Below are positions 20,327 to 30,393 of a stretch of 33,238 bases of DNA, in pieces; position 1 is the first letter of the stretch; every line of letters begins with the position of its first letter. A model generated the notes under the pieces. It searched no databases. It saw only the letters and a list, made by a program, of their open reading frames with translations, and was not told the origin of the DNA. The position numbers were made by a program, and so were the translations under genes. Origin of the DNA: Dehalococcoidia bacterium (lineage in GTDB: Bacteria; Chloroflexota; Dehalococcoidia; Lucifugimonadales; CAUZEB01); the NCBI GenBank assembly GCA_963578655.1, contig CAUZEB010000003.1, forward strand, positions 1 through 33,238. Reading direction: 5' to 3'.

Positions 20327-20459
20327 TGTCACCGCTCTAGGAGTAAGCGGGGGCTCTAGTTTGTCTCGCTGACATTAAAGAAGTGGAAGGCAAGTAATAG
20401 AGACTCCATCTCTCTGATGTGGTTATCTAATTATGAACATGCTGTTTCTACTGCATGTT
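20327..20459 (+). ncRNA. candidate structured 5' leader of glnA
   Basis: Several complementary segments, some mutually exclusive (see findings). AACATGC/GCATGTT hairpin (20436-20459) abuts the AAGGAG RBS. Confidence 0.3.
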
Positions 20460-20473
20460 AAGGAGTGTATAAA

Positions 20474-21919
20474 ATGAGGCTTGGAAATCTCAGTGCAGAA
20501 CAAGTTATCGACCTGGCACAAAACATGGGAATACAGATGATTGATCTAAAGTTTGTGGACCTACCAGGAACGATGCAACATCTTTCTATTCCAACTATTG
20601 AATTAACACCAGAACTTTTTGAAGAAGGCACTGGTTTCGACGGCTCCAGTATTCGAGGGTTCCAAGCTATAAATGAAAGCGACATGCTGCTTTTGCCCGA
20701 TCCATCCACAGCCGTTCTAGACCCAACCTTTGAAATTCCCACTCTGAGTTTAATCTGTAATATCATTGATCCTTCGACCAGAGATGGATACGTCAGAGAT
20801 CCTCGTCGTATCGCTCAAAAAGCAGAACTTTACCTCAAGTCTACGGGTATAGGTGATTTGAGTTACTGGGGACCAGAAGTTGAGTTCTTCATATTCGATG
20901 AAGCTCGATTTGATCAAAATGCTCATAGCGGATATTACTTCGTGGATTCCGATGAAGGCATATGGAATTCTGGGTCTGAAACCGTTTTAAATAAAGATTC
21001 AAATAGAAACCTTGCGTATCGTCCTAGACTTAAGGGAGGGTATTTTCCTTCACCTCCTACAGACACCTTCACTGATATACGTTCAGAGGCTGTTCTCCTA
21101 ATGCAAGACTTTGGTATTCATGTCGAGAAACACCATCATGAAGTTGGCACGGCTGGACAAGGTGAAATTGATATACGTTACGACAGCCTAGTCAGTACGG
21201 CAGATAATGTTATGGTATACAAATATATAGTAAAAAACATCGCAAGAAAGCATGGAAAAGTAGCCACATTCATGCCGAAACCCATATTCGGTGACAACGG
21301 AACCGGAATGCATACCCACCAGAGTATTTGGAAAGATAACACTAACCTCTTCTACGGCCAGGGATACGCCAATATGAGTGACATGATGAAATATTATATT
21401 GGCGGTCTGCTCAAACATTCCCCTGCCCTGCTAGCCTTCTGCGCTCCAACCACCAATTCATACCGACGACTAGTACCAGGATATGAAGCTCCGGTGAATC
21501 TGGTCTATTCCGCACGTAATCGCAGCGCCTGCGCCAGGATTCCCATGTACTTCGATTCTCCAGCTTCGAAGAGAATAGAATACCGCTGTCCAGATCCTTC
21601 AGCCAATCCTTATTTGGCTTTTCCTGCCATGCTTATGGCAGGGATAGACGGAATAATCAACAAAATCGATCCCGGAGACCCAATGGATGTCGATTTATAC
21701 GAATTAAGCTCTGAAGAAGTCGCTAATGTCCCTAAGGTTCCAGGAAGTCTCGAAGACTCTCTAGATGCCCTAGAGAAAGACAATGAATTTTTAGTTCATG
21801 GGGGCGTTTTTACAGAAGACATAATCCAGACATGGCTGGATTATAAAAGAAACGTAGAAGTAAATGAAATGAGGCTACGTCCCCACCCATACGAATTCTA
21901 CATGTATTTCGATTCATGA
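20474..21919 (+). CDS. glnA: glutamine synthetase type I (GSI-beta)
   Basis: Motifs [48 protein letters not shown] and IEYRCPDP; carries the GSI-beta insertion and an adenylylation-type DLYEL. AAGGAG RBS before ATG 20474. Confidence 0.97.
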   Translation: MRLGNLSAEQVIDLAQNMGIQMIDLKFVDLPGTMQHLSIPTIELTPELFEEGTGFDGSSIRGFQAINESDMLLLPDPSTAVLDPTFEIPTLSLICNIIDPSTRDGYVRDPRRIAQKAELYLKSTGIGDLSYWGPEVEFFIFDEARFDQNAHSGYYFVDSDEGIWNSGSETVLNKDSNRNLAYRPRLKGGYFPSPPTDTFTDIRSEAVLLMQDFGIHVEKHHHEVGTAGQGEIDIRYDSLVSTADNVMVYKYIVKNIARKHGKVATFMPKPIFGDNGTGMHTHQSIWKDNTNLFYGQGYANMSDMMKYYIGGLLKHSPALLAFCAPTTNSYRRLVPGYEAPVNLVYSARNRSACARIPMYFDSPASKRIEYRCPDPSANPYLAFPAMLMAGIDGIINKIDPGDPMDVDLYELSSEEVANVPKVPGSLEDSLDALEKDNEFLVHGGVFTEDIIQTWLDYKRNVEVNEMRLRPHPYEFYMYFDS

Positions 21920-22001
21920 AATAACCACTAATTACTTTAATTAACAGGTATTGAATTGCCTAATTTAAAGGTAAATGTTATATCAACACGGGGGAATTCC
22001 G

Positions 22002-22970
22002 ATGGAATACGCATTTGGAACCCTTGCGCAAGGGGTATTTGCACAGCCGGATAATATATCCCTGATCGCTCTTAAAGGCGAAGAATTCGGATTTGAAATG
22101 ATGTGGGTAAACGATCACATAATCATGCCCTCCAGCATAAACTCGCGTTACCCTTACACTGAAGATGGTAAATTCAATGAATTTGGAGATTCAGGTGACT
22201 ATCTTGAACAACTAACAGTTTTAAGCTATTTAGCCTCCGAAACATCTACTGTCAAACTTCTAGCTTCTGTAATGGTAGTACCTTACCGCGATCCAATCTT
22301 GACTGCAAAGATACTTTCTTCTATAGATGTCCTATCAAAGGGACGTCTCTTGTTAGGGTGTGGAGCGGGCTGGATGCAAGAAGAATTCGAAGTATTAGAA
22401 CGTCCTCCTTATAAGGAACGAGGGTCTGTAACCGAAGAATATATCCGTATCTTTAAAAACTTATGGACTGAACAATCACCTTCTTTTGTTGGACAATACG
22501 CTTCTTATTCGGACATAGTATTCGAACCTAAACCGGTGCAAATACCACATCCACCAATATGGATTGGTGGAGAGAGTCGCGCAGCACGTGAACGAGTAGT
22601 AAGAGTAGGGAATGGTTGGTTCCCTATAATAGACAATCCACGATACCGACTTGATACACCAGAGCTTTTTACAAAAGGAGTCGAAAGTCTGAAAAGACTG
22701 TCTACTAACTATAATCGTGATCCTAAAACTGTGGAAATCGCATTCGCGGTTAATTTATATGACGATACACGAGCACACATTGGTGACGACGGTAGGCGTA
22801 AAGTCTTTACTGGTACTCATGAACAAATTGCTTCGGACATAATCGAATACAAAAATGCCGGGGCACAAGCCATGATGTTGGGATTCACCGTAGACAGACA
22901 GTCACCAAATGCAACTATCGAACAGATGCACAGATTCAGTGAATCTGTGCGTCCCTTGGTTGAAACTTAG
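22002..22970 (+). CDS. LLM class, probably F420-dependent, oxidoreductase (Rv2161c/TIGR03619-like)
   Basis: Motifs MWVNDHII..YPY, SVMVVPYRDP.LTAK..DVLSKGR..GCGAGWMQEEF and PKPVQIPHPPIWIGGES. Start probably ATG 22002 (track 21975). Confidence 0.88.
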   Translation: MEYAFGTLAQGVFAQPDNISLIALKGEEFGFEMMWVNDHIIMPSSINSRYPYTEDGKFNEFGDSGDYLEQLTVLSYLASETSTVKLLASVMVVPYRDPILTAKILSSIDVLSKGRLLLGCGAGWMQEEFEVLERPPYKERGSVTEEYIRIFKNLWTEQSPSFVGQYASYSDIVFEPKPVQIPHPPIWIGGESRAARERVVRVGNGWFPIIDNPRYRLDTPELFTKGVESLKRLSTNYNRDPKTVEIAFAVNLYDDTRAHIGDDGRRKVFTGTHEQIASDIIEYKNAGAQAMMLGFTVDRQSPNATIEQMHRFSESVRPLVET

Positions 22971-23036
22971 TACGAACAAAAATACTAACTTACAGCTCGT
23001 AAATTATTACAATTTAACTATGAATGGATTCGAGAC

Positions 23037-24374
23037 ATGTTAAACAGAGATACAGAAGCTATAGAATATGTACTGCATACAGCTAGGGAGAATGATGTCA
23101 AATTCATCCGACTATGGTTCACTAATATACTGGGTAATTTGAGAGGGTTCGCAATAACAGTTGAAGAATTGGAAAACACCTTAGTACGAGGTATGGGATT
23201 CGATGGGTCTTCTGTAGAGGGATTTGCTCGTTCAGACGAAAAGGATCTTTACGCGTTACCAGATCCTAACACATTTAACATTCTCCCTTGGAGACCAAAA
23301 ACTAATGCCGTCGGACGGATGTTTTGTGACATCGTCACACCTAATGAAAGATATTTTGAGGGTGACACGAGATATGTTCTCAAACGAAATTTAGAACGAG
23401 CAGCAAGCCTTGGATTTACTTACTACGTTGCACCCGAAATAGAGTACTTCTATTTCAAGAATGCCGATGGTACTGAAATGCTCGATCAGGGCGGATATTT
23501 TGATCAAGACGCTACAGATCTCTCTACAGACCTAAGGCGGGAAACCGTGTTGATGTTAGAGGAATTTGGTATACCAGTAGCATCGAGCCATCATGAGGTA
23601 GCCCCCAGTCAACATGAGATAGACTTAAAACATACAGATGCACTAACTATGGCAGATACTGTTATGGCATATAGATTGGTCGTCAAGGAGGTTGCCACCA
23701 AGCATGGCTATTATGCAACTTTTATGCCCAAACCAATTGCCGAAGTAAATGGTAATGGGATGCATGTCCACCAATCTTTGTTTAGAGGAGACCAAAACGC
23801 CTTCGTGGAACCAAATGATGCATACCAGCTATCCGATACGGCTAAGTATTTCATCGCAGGTCTTTTACATCATTCGCGTGAAATCACTGCTGTAACAAAT
23901 CAGTGGATCAACTCTTATAAACGTTTGGTTCCAAAGTTTGAAGCCCCTACATATGTCTCATGGGCCACAGTTAATAGATCTGACTTGATAAGAGTTCCCG
24001 CCTATAAGGCAGACCGCGAAATGTCCCGCCGTATCGAGTATCGTGCGCCAGATCCAGCATGTAATCCTTACCTTGCGTTTAGTGTTATGCTTGCAGCCGG
24101 GCTTGAAGGAATTGAAAAGAAATATGATCTACCGCCACCCGTTCAAACCAATGTTAATGAAATGAGTAACGAAGAACGTAGAACTCACGGAATAGAGGAA
24201 TTGCCTTCTAACTTGTGGGAAGCAATTCACATCACCGAACAAAGTAATCTAGTCCGGAATGCCTTAGGGGAACATGTCTTTAAGAGTTTTATAGAAAATA
24301 AGAAGATCGAATGGGAAATGTACCACTCCACTATAAGTGACTACGAGATCGCTAAATATTTGCCTATCCTCTAA
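23037..24374 (+). CDS. glnA: second glutamine synthetase-family protein (GSI-alpha/GlnA2-like; possibly a gamma-glutamyl ligase)
   Basis: Motifs FDGSSVEGF, HHEVAPSQHE, ATFMPKP..NGNGMHVH, NSYKRLVPKFEAP and RIEYRAPDP; 445 aa, lacks the GSI-beta insertion. Confidence 0.9.
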   Translation: MLNRDTEAIEYVLHTARENDVKFIRLWFTNILGNLRGFAITVEELENTLVRGMGFDGSSVEGFARSDEKDLYALPDPNTFNILPWRPKTNAVGRMFCDIVTPNERYFEGDTRYVLKRNLERAASLGFTYYVAPEIEYFYFKNADGTEMLDQGGYFDQDATDLSTDLRRETVLMLEEFGIPVASSHHEVAPSQHEIDLKHTDALTMADTVMAYRLVVKEVATKHGYYATFMPKPIAEVNGNGMHVHQSLFRGDQNAFVEPNDAYQLSDTAKYFIAGLLHHSREITAVTNQWINSYKRLVPKFEAPTYVSWATVNRSDLIRVPAYKADREMSRRIEYRAPDPACNPYLAFSVMLAAGLEGIEKKYDLPPPVQTNVNEMSNEERRTHGIEELPSNLWEAIHITEQSNLVRNALGEHVFKSFIENKKIEWEMYHSTISDYEIAKYLPIL

Positions 24375-24484
24375 ATCAGGGGTTATTATTTTACATCGTT
24401 CTCAAATATTTAGTGCTCGTTTTTAGCTAGAATCGTTTATAATACTGAAACTATAGATAAGTATCCAGAACATAAGGAGAACCG

Positions 24485-25510
24485 ATGACAAATCACAAAA
24501 TCTCGTATATAAGTGCAGCAAATCCGGAGACATCGGAAACAGATTTATTCGAAGAACAACTCACAGGTCTAGATTACGACATTGACGTCCATGTTTGCAC
24601 TAGTGCAGGTGAAATTATAGAAGCCGTTAAGGGTGCAGATGTGATTGTCAATCGTGGTGTAGCTATGCCCCGCGATATTATTGAGCAAATTGATTCCGCC
24701 CACTCTATCGTCAGTCTAGGTCATGGTTTTGACAGAATAGATCATTACGCCGCTACAGATAAGGGAATCATGGTAGTTAACTCTGCGGGTTTCTGTACAG
24801 AAGAGGTTGCCAACCACGCGATGATGATGCTATTAGCGTCCGCTAAGAAGCTAACTTTTCTCAATGAAACATTAAAGTCTGGTAATTGGGACAATGACAC
24901 TCGTAATAAAATAAATCCATTGGGTACTATTGACGGACAAACCTTAGGACTAGTCAGTTTCGGGAATATCGCGAGGGCAGTAGCTCGAAGGGCACAAGCA
25001 TTCGGACTAAGAGTGATTGCTTATGACCCGTATATACCATCCTGGATAGCCAAAGAGTACCGAGTAGAACTAGTTAGCACACTAAGAGACTTGGCTGAAA
25101 ACTCAGACTACGTCTCAGCTCACGTACCACTTAATAAAGAGACGGAAAAAATGATGGATTCAGAGTTCTTCAACGCCATGAAACCCAACGCCTATTTCAT
25201 AAACACGTGTCGTGGACGAACAGTTGATGAAAATGCCTTAATAGAAGCACTGCAAACTGGTAAAATAGCTGGAGCTGGCTTAGACGTATTTGCTGAAGAA
25301 CCAACTTCCAAAGACAATCCTCTTCTGAAAATGGACAACGTCATAGTGACACCCCACTCGGCAGGAACATCAGAGATATCATTTCAAACGGGATTCGCGA
25401 GAATGGGCCAAGAAACTGCCAATCTTATCAAGGGTCGATCACCTATGTCTCTAGTTAATCCGGAGGTACGATCAAGTATAGATATAAGACCTGCCGCTCG
25501 CCACGTATAA
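24485..25510 (+). CDS. D-isomer-specific 2-hydroxyacid dehydrogenase (CtBP/SerA-like)
   Basis: Motifs EEVANHA, IAYDPY, INTCRG, GAGLDVFAEEP and TPHSAG (Arg/Glu/His triad); AAGGAG RBS. Confidence 0.9.
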   Translation: MTNHKISYISAANPETSETDLFEEQLTGLDYDIDVHVCTSAGEIIEAVKGADVIVNRGVAMPRDIIEQIDSAHSIVSLGHGFDRIDHYAATDKGIMVVNSAGFCTEEVANHAMMMLLASAKKLTFLNETLKSGNWDNDTRNKINPLGTIDGQTLGLVSFGNIARAVARRAQAFGLRVIAYDPYIPSWIAKEYRVELVSTLRDLAENSDYVSAHVPLNKETEKMMDSEFFNAMKPNAYFINTCRGRTVDENALIEALQTGKIAGAGLDVFAEEPTSKDNPLLKMDNVIVTPHSAGTSEISFQTGFARMGQETANLIKGRSPMSLVNPEVRSSIDIRPAARHV

Positions 25511-25542
25511 TTGCTAGTGATGAGACTCATAAAGACTCACAT

Positions 25543-26313
25543 CTATTGGGACAAATATCCTCCGTCGGCCGCAAGCGCATGCCCCGTAACAAATGATGAC
25601 TCATCGGAGCACAGCCATATTACAACTTCTGCTATTTCTTCAGGGGTTCCCAATCGTCCAATAGGATGGCGCCGAATAACACGCTCCCTAAGCTTCTCGT
25701 CACCTTTGGATATGCGATCCATCATGGGAGTTTCTATATAACCGGGACACACTGCGTTAACCCTTATATTTGACTTAGCATATTCTAATGCAGCGGTTTT
25801 GGTAATACCAATTACACCATGCTTAGCAGCTACGTAAGAGCATGCACCAGGCATGCCAACCAATCCAGCTATGGAAGACGTGTTTACGATACATCCAAAT
25901 CCTTGTAGCAACATTTGTTTGATTTCGTATTTCATTGAAAGCCAAACGCTCTTTAGGTTTATATCAATAACTCTATCCCAATCGGCTTCGGAGTACTCAT
26001 GTATAAACTTATTATCAGCTTTATTCACACCTGCATTATTGAAACCATAATCAAGCCTACCGTACGTAGCAACAACTTTTTCAATGACATCTTGGCAACT
26101 CTGAGTTTTAGTCACGTCAGTCATAACAAAAATTGATTTGCCGCCATTTCCATTTATTTCTTTTACAGTTTCCTCGCCCTGTAGATCATCAATATCAGCG
26201 ACTACAACACTAGCTCCATGCGTAGCAAATGCTAATGCTGTACTTCGTCCAATACCAGAACTCCCACCGGTTACCAAGGCTACTTTACTATCAAATTCGA
26301 GAGCCAAAACCAC
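25543..26313 (-). CDS. classical SDR oxidoreductase, NAD(H)-type
   Basis: Motifs TGGSSGIG, VADI, NNAG, DINLK, SSIAG and YVAAK. Confidence 0.93.
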   Translation of the reverse strand: MVLALEFDSKVALVTGGSSGIGRSTALAFATHGASVVVADIDDLQGEETVKEINGNGGKSIFVMTDVTKTQSCQDVIEKVVATYGRLDYGFNNAGVNKADNKFIHEYSEADWDRVIDINLKSVWLSMKYEIKQMLLQGFGCIVNTSSIAGLVGMPGACSYVAAKHGVIGITKTAALEYAKSNIRVNAVCPGYIETPMMDRISKGDEKLRERVIRRHPIGRLGTPEEIAEVVIWLCSDESSFVTGHALAADGGYLSQ

Positions 26314-26391
26314 AATCCTCCAATTACTATCATCAATACATATTTAATCTCAGATACAGATATTCTAACTCTATATGGTCTCATTTTTCAT

Positions 26392-27159
26392 TTATTGACA
26401 GACAAAACCTCCATCCACGGACATGGCGTGACCTGTTACAAAAGAAGCACTATCAGAACAAAGCCAAACTGCAGGTGCTGCTATCTCCTCAGGACTGCAA
26501 AAACGTCCCATCGGTTCCTTATCTAAAAAGCGTTCCTTAAACCCAGGTAAACCTAATGCAATTCTTTCGGTCATGGGCGTATAAGCCCCACCGGGACAAA
26601 TAACATTAACCCTGATGCCATATTTGGCATTCTCTAATGCAGCGGTTTTTGTCAATCCTATTACACCATGCTTGCTGGCCGCGTATCCGGCCCCTGCTGC
26701 TATACTACCGACCAAACCTGCAATTGAAGAAGTGTTCACTATAGAACCACCGCCTTGTTTCAACATTTGGGGAATTTCATACTTCATACACAACCAAACA
26801 CCTTTCAGATTCACCCCTAGTACACTATCCCAAACTTGTTCCTCATATTGGTGAGTTGGTACACCCTGAGCACCTTCAATACCGGCATTATTAAACGCAC
26901 AATCGATTCTACCGAACTTAGCAATAGTTCCATCGACCATGTGCTTTACTTCAGAAGCCTTAGAAACGTCCGTTTGCAGAAAGACGGCTTCACCTCCCCT
27001 AGACTCAATTTCTGCAACAGTTTCAGTACCACTATAAGGATTAATATCAACGACCACGACTTTAGCACCCTTTTTTGAGAAAATCATACAGGCAGCCTTG
27101 CCTATGCCTGAACCTCCACCTGTCACAATTACTACTTTCTCTTCAAACTGATTCTCCAT
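26392..27159 (-). CDS. classical SDR oxidoreductase, NAD(H)-type
   Basis: Motifs TGGGSGIG, VVDI, NNAG, GVNLK, SSIAG and YAASK. Confidence 0.93.
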   Translation of the reverse strand: MENQFEEKVVIVTGGGSGIGKAACMIFSKKGAKVVVVDINPYSGTETVAEIESRGGEAVFLQTDVSKASEVKHMVDGTIAKFGRIDCAFNNAGIEGAQGVPTHQYEEQVWDSVLGVNLKGVWLCMKYEIPQMLKQGGGSIVNTSSIAGLVGSIAAGAGYAASKHGVIGLTKTAALENAKYGIRVNVICPGGAYTPMTERIALGLPGFKERFLDKEPMGRFCSPEEIAAPAVWLCSDSASFVTGHAMSVDGGFVCQ

Positions 27160-27189
27160 CCTTGTCTCCTTGGATGCATGATTTCAAAT

Positions 27190-28230
27190 CTATGGTATGG
27201 TTACCAATATTTTCCCAAAGAAATTTATGTCTTCCATCATCTTGTGAGCTTCAGCAACCTCCGCAAGGGGAAATGACCGATAAATGACACCACGTATCAC
27301 TCCTCTGCCAGCCAATTCAATTATCTGTCTTAGGTCTTCATTACGACCCATGAAAACACCGAATATAGTCTGATGTCTCAAAAATAACAATCCGATCTGT
27401 AGGTCAACTTTATAGCCGGACGTAGCACCGCATATACCATAACGACCGCCAACCGCCAGCGAAGATATAGCATCAGTCCAAAAATCCGTTCCCACGTGAT
27501 CTAGAACTACATCGACTCCTTTGCCATCGGTTAATTCTTTCACCCTCTTTGCTACATTCTCCACGTTATAATTAATAACTTCATCTGCACCCAAGTCTCT
27601 GGCCTTATTCATTTTGTCATCCGTACTGGTAGTGGTTATCACTCTAGCCCCGATAACATTCTTTGCCACCTGTATACCTGCTGTGCCAACTCCACTGGAC
27701 GCAGAAGGGATCAGTACAGTTTCCCAGGGTTTGAGAGCAGCTTTCCTAAGCATAATAGACCAGCATGGCAAAAAGACAGTTGGCATGGAAGCCGCCTGTT
27801 CATAACTCAAATTCCGTGGAAGCTGTACAACGTTAGACGCCTCTACCGAAACATATTCTGCATAGCCACCGTTAGTAGTTACACCCAACATGCCGGAGTT
27901 TACACATAATTCAGGTTCTCCCCTTATACAAAACGCACATTCACTGCAAATTATTCTGGGGTTAACAACCACACGGTCTCCTATGTCTACTCTGGAAACA
28001 TTCGTCCCAGTCTCTACAACTTCTCCCGCGACATCACTACCCAAGATATGAGGCCCATTAAAGTCGATTCTAGTACCTCTCTGGCCTGCTCTAGTAAAGA
28101 TGTCAAGACGGTTTAGAGCACAGGCTCTCACTTTTATTTTGACTTCGGTCGGCCCAGTATCGGGTTGGTCAACTTCATCGTATACCAGAGTTTCTGTTCC
28201 ACCGTGTTTTGTAATATATACTGCCTTCAC
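27190..28230 (-). CDS. MDR-family (zinc-binding ADH-like/quinone oxidoreductase-like) dehydrogenase
   Basis: MKAVYITKHGG start at GTG 28230 (AGGAAGG RBS); structural-Zn CSECAFC..C, GGYAEY, ASSGVG and FGKIL. Confidence 0.9.
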   Translation of the reverse strand: MKAVYITKHGGTETLVYDEVDQPDTGPTEVKIKVRACALNRLDIFTRAGQRGTRIDFNGPHILGSDVAGEVVETGTNVSRVDIGDRVVVNPRIICSECAFCIRGEPELCVNSGMLGVTTNGGYAEYVSVEASNVVQLPRNLSYEQAASMPTVFLPCWSIMLRKAALKPWETVLIPSASSGVGTAGIQVAKNVIGARVITTTSTDDKMNKARDLGADEVINYNVENVAKRVKELTDGKGVDVVLDHVGTDFWTDAISSLAVGGRYGICGATSGYKVDLQIGLLFLRHQTIFGVFMGRNEDLRQIIELAGRGVIRGVIYRSFPLAEVAEAHKMMEDINFFGKILVTIP

Positions 28231-28251
28231 TAAACTAGCCTTCCTACCCAA

Positions 28252-29205
28252 TCAGTCTACTAATGATTTAATATTTAATGCGAAATGCTCCATACGCGAT
28301 AAGGTGTTATCCAATTCGGTCTCACCAAACCTAAGCATTAGAGTGCGCACACCTAGTTCTTCAAAGACCTTTATATCATCCGATATTTCTGAGGGATTGC
28401 CCGTAAAACATCGTCGTTCACCGTCAGACAATAATTCCTTTTCTTCATTGTACCAACTAGCACTGTACGCTAAATCTATCGAGTCGGGATCACGTCCAAT
28501 CTTGTTTGCATTCTCCCGGACACGAGACAAACAACTAGAGAACTCTGTCGGAGTTCCGACCGGAAAACGTGGGTTGCTTCCAATTGGATACCAGGCATCT
28601 CCTAGTTCAGCAGCTCTTCTAAGAGCTGGCGGACTCTCCCCACCTATCCATATAGGCGGGTGCGGTTTTTGTATTGGCTTTGGTGCAAAAGTCACATCTG
28701 AGAAATTTGCGTATTTGCCTTGAAATCTTGGGTTCTCTTTCGTCCATAATTCTTTGAAGACTCTAATGTACTCATCGCTTACAGCGCCACGTTCACCATA
28801 GGGCGCAGTCCCTATAGCCGAGAATTCTTCCTGCATCCAACCTACTCCGCATCCAACAATCAAACGTCCCTCGGACAAGACATCAATCGTAGCTAAAATT
28901 TTAGCTGTTAAGACGGGGTTTCTATGAGGTAATACCATCACTGAAGTTAGTAGTCTGACCTTGGAGGTAATTGCTGATAGGAAGCTCAACTCCGCTAACT
29001 GCTCCATACATTCTCCAGATTCGCCACCGACAAAAGCTCCTGACTCGCTATAGGGATATATAGATTCTATTGACTTAGGCACAATAATATGATCACTAAC
29101 GGATAGGATATCGAATCCCAATTCTTCTCCCTTACGAGCAATTTTTCCGATATCACTTCTATTTGCCAGTGGACCTCTACTCGGTATAGTAAACCCATAT
29201 CTCAT
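28252..29205 (-). CDS. LLM class, probably F420-dependent, oxidoreductase
   Basis: Motifs VSDHII..YPY, SVMVLPHRNP.LTAK..DVLSEGR..GCGVGWMQEEF and PKPIQKPHPPIWIGGES; paralog of 22002-22970. Confidence 0.88.
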   Translation of the reverse strand: MRYGFTIPSRGPLANRSDIGKIARKGEELGFDILSVSDHIIVPKSIESIYPYSESGAFVGGESGECMEQLAELSFLSAITSKVRLLTSVMVLPHRNPVLTAKILATIDVLSEGRLIVGCGVGWMQEEFSAIGTAPYGERGAVSDEYIRVFKELWTKENPRFQGKYANFSDVTFAPKPIQKPHPPIWIGGESPPALRRAAELGDAWYPIGSNPRFPVGTPTEFSSCLSRVRENANKIGRDPDSIDLAYSASWYNEEKELLSDGERRCFTGNPSEISDDIKVFEELGVRTLMLRFGETELDNTLSRMEHFALNIKSLVD

Positions 29206-29622
29206 CAAACTACTCCTTACATCGCGATTCCGTGATCCTGTCTGAATATACTTTTTGGTAATCGGAAATATAGCTAGGAAATCTTCTGTGACTCATACAC
29301 TACAGAGCTAATGTAACGTTGATCAACAACCTGGATATCTGGTTCTGCCTACATATTGCTTCAACAGACAGATAATGTCCACCCCAATTCCGGACTTACC
29401 AAATTGACGCCCTGCCGAATTGGTGTCATACGGTCATAACACACGATAAGCATTCATTCCGACAAGTCTTGTTAATGCCCATATGGATAAGTGGAACTGA
29501 GATGATCTTGTAGGTTTAAGTTTTCGTAGTCAAGAGATGAAATTTCTAAGGTTTGCAATCACTTGCCTTTCCATGGCAAGATAGCAACAATAATACAAAA
29601 TTTACTGGTGGAGGTTTGAGTT

Positions 29623-30393
29623 ATGAGGATGAAAGGAAAGGTTGCTCTAATCACTGGAGCGGCTTCAGGACTTCAAGGCGAACTTATGGGATTCGGGGGA
29701 TCATCAGCTTGGATGATGGCCAAGGAAGGAGCAAAACTTGTCCTGACAGACATCAAAGAGGAAGTAGGTGTTCGCACGGTTGCACAAATGAGAGAACGTG
29801 GATTCGACGCAATATTCATGAAACTTGATGTGACAAACGAAAACGATTGGATCAATGCTATTGAGCAAACTGTGGCACAGTATGGCAAATTAGATGTGTT
29901 GGTCAATAACGCTGGGACGGGATCTCCATATACCGTAGAGGAAACAACAGAGGAAGAGTGGGACGAACAAATGGACGTGCACGCCAAGGGAACTTTCCTC
30001 GGAACAAAACATGCTATTCCAGAGATGCGTAAATCAGGTGGTGGATCAATAATCAACATCTCATCGATTAACGGATTAGTCGGGAGTCCTTCTTCTACCG
30101 CTTATCATGCTGCTAAAGGAGCCGTACGCCTCTTTACAAAGGCTGCTGCTGTGCAGTACGCCAAAGATAACATAAGAGTCAATTCTATCCATCCTGGATA
30201 TGTACTTACTCCATTGACCTTACAATCCTTCAGCAATGATGACGAAAGACAAATCAGGGTCAACAGGGTTCCTATGGACAGGTTAGGAACTGCGGACGAA
30301 ATCGGGTATGGAATACTATACCTTGCATCAGATGAATCCTCTTTTGTAACTGGTTCAGAACTCGTCATAGACGGAGGCATGACTGCACAATAG
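29623..30393 (+). CDS. SDR oxidoreductase, insertion/His variant, copy 1
   Basis: Motifs TGAAS-GLQGELM-GFG, NNAG, DVHAKG, ISSING and YHAAK. Confidence 0.93.
   Translation: MRMKGKVALITGAASGLQGELMGFGGSSAWMMAKEGAKLVLTDIKEEVGVRTVAQMRERGFDAIFMKLDVTNENDWINAIEQTVAQYGKLDVLVNNAGTGSPYTVEETTEEEWDEQMDVHAKGTFLGTKHAIPEMRKSGGGSIINISSINGLVGSPSSTAYHAAKGAVRLFTKAAAVQYAKDNIRVNSIHPGYVLTPLTLQSFSNDDERQIRVNRVPMDRLGTADEIGYGILYLASDESSFVTGSELVIDGGMTAQ

Noticed and set aside
28230-28254. LLM stop (TGA) is in frame with the downstream MDR ORF, suggesting a Sec or read-through fusion
   Set aside because: The LLM is full length at the TGA, no Cys-equivalent motif or SECIS-like hairpin follows, and the MDR has its own RBS and GTG start at 28230.
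29325-29430. Minus-strand peptide GRQFGKSGIGVDIICL resembling an aldo/keto reductase N-terminus
   Set aside because: No start codon or RBS, bounded by stops, and no further AKR motifs; probably chance.
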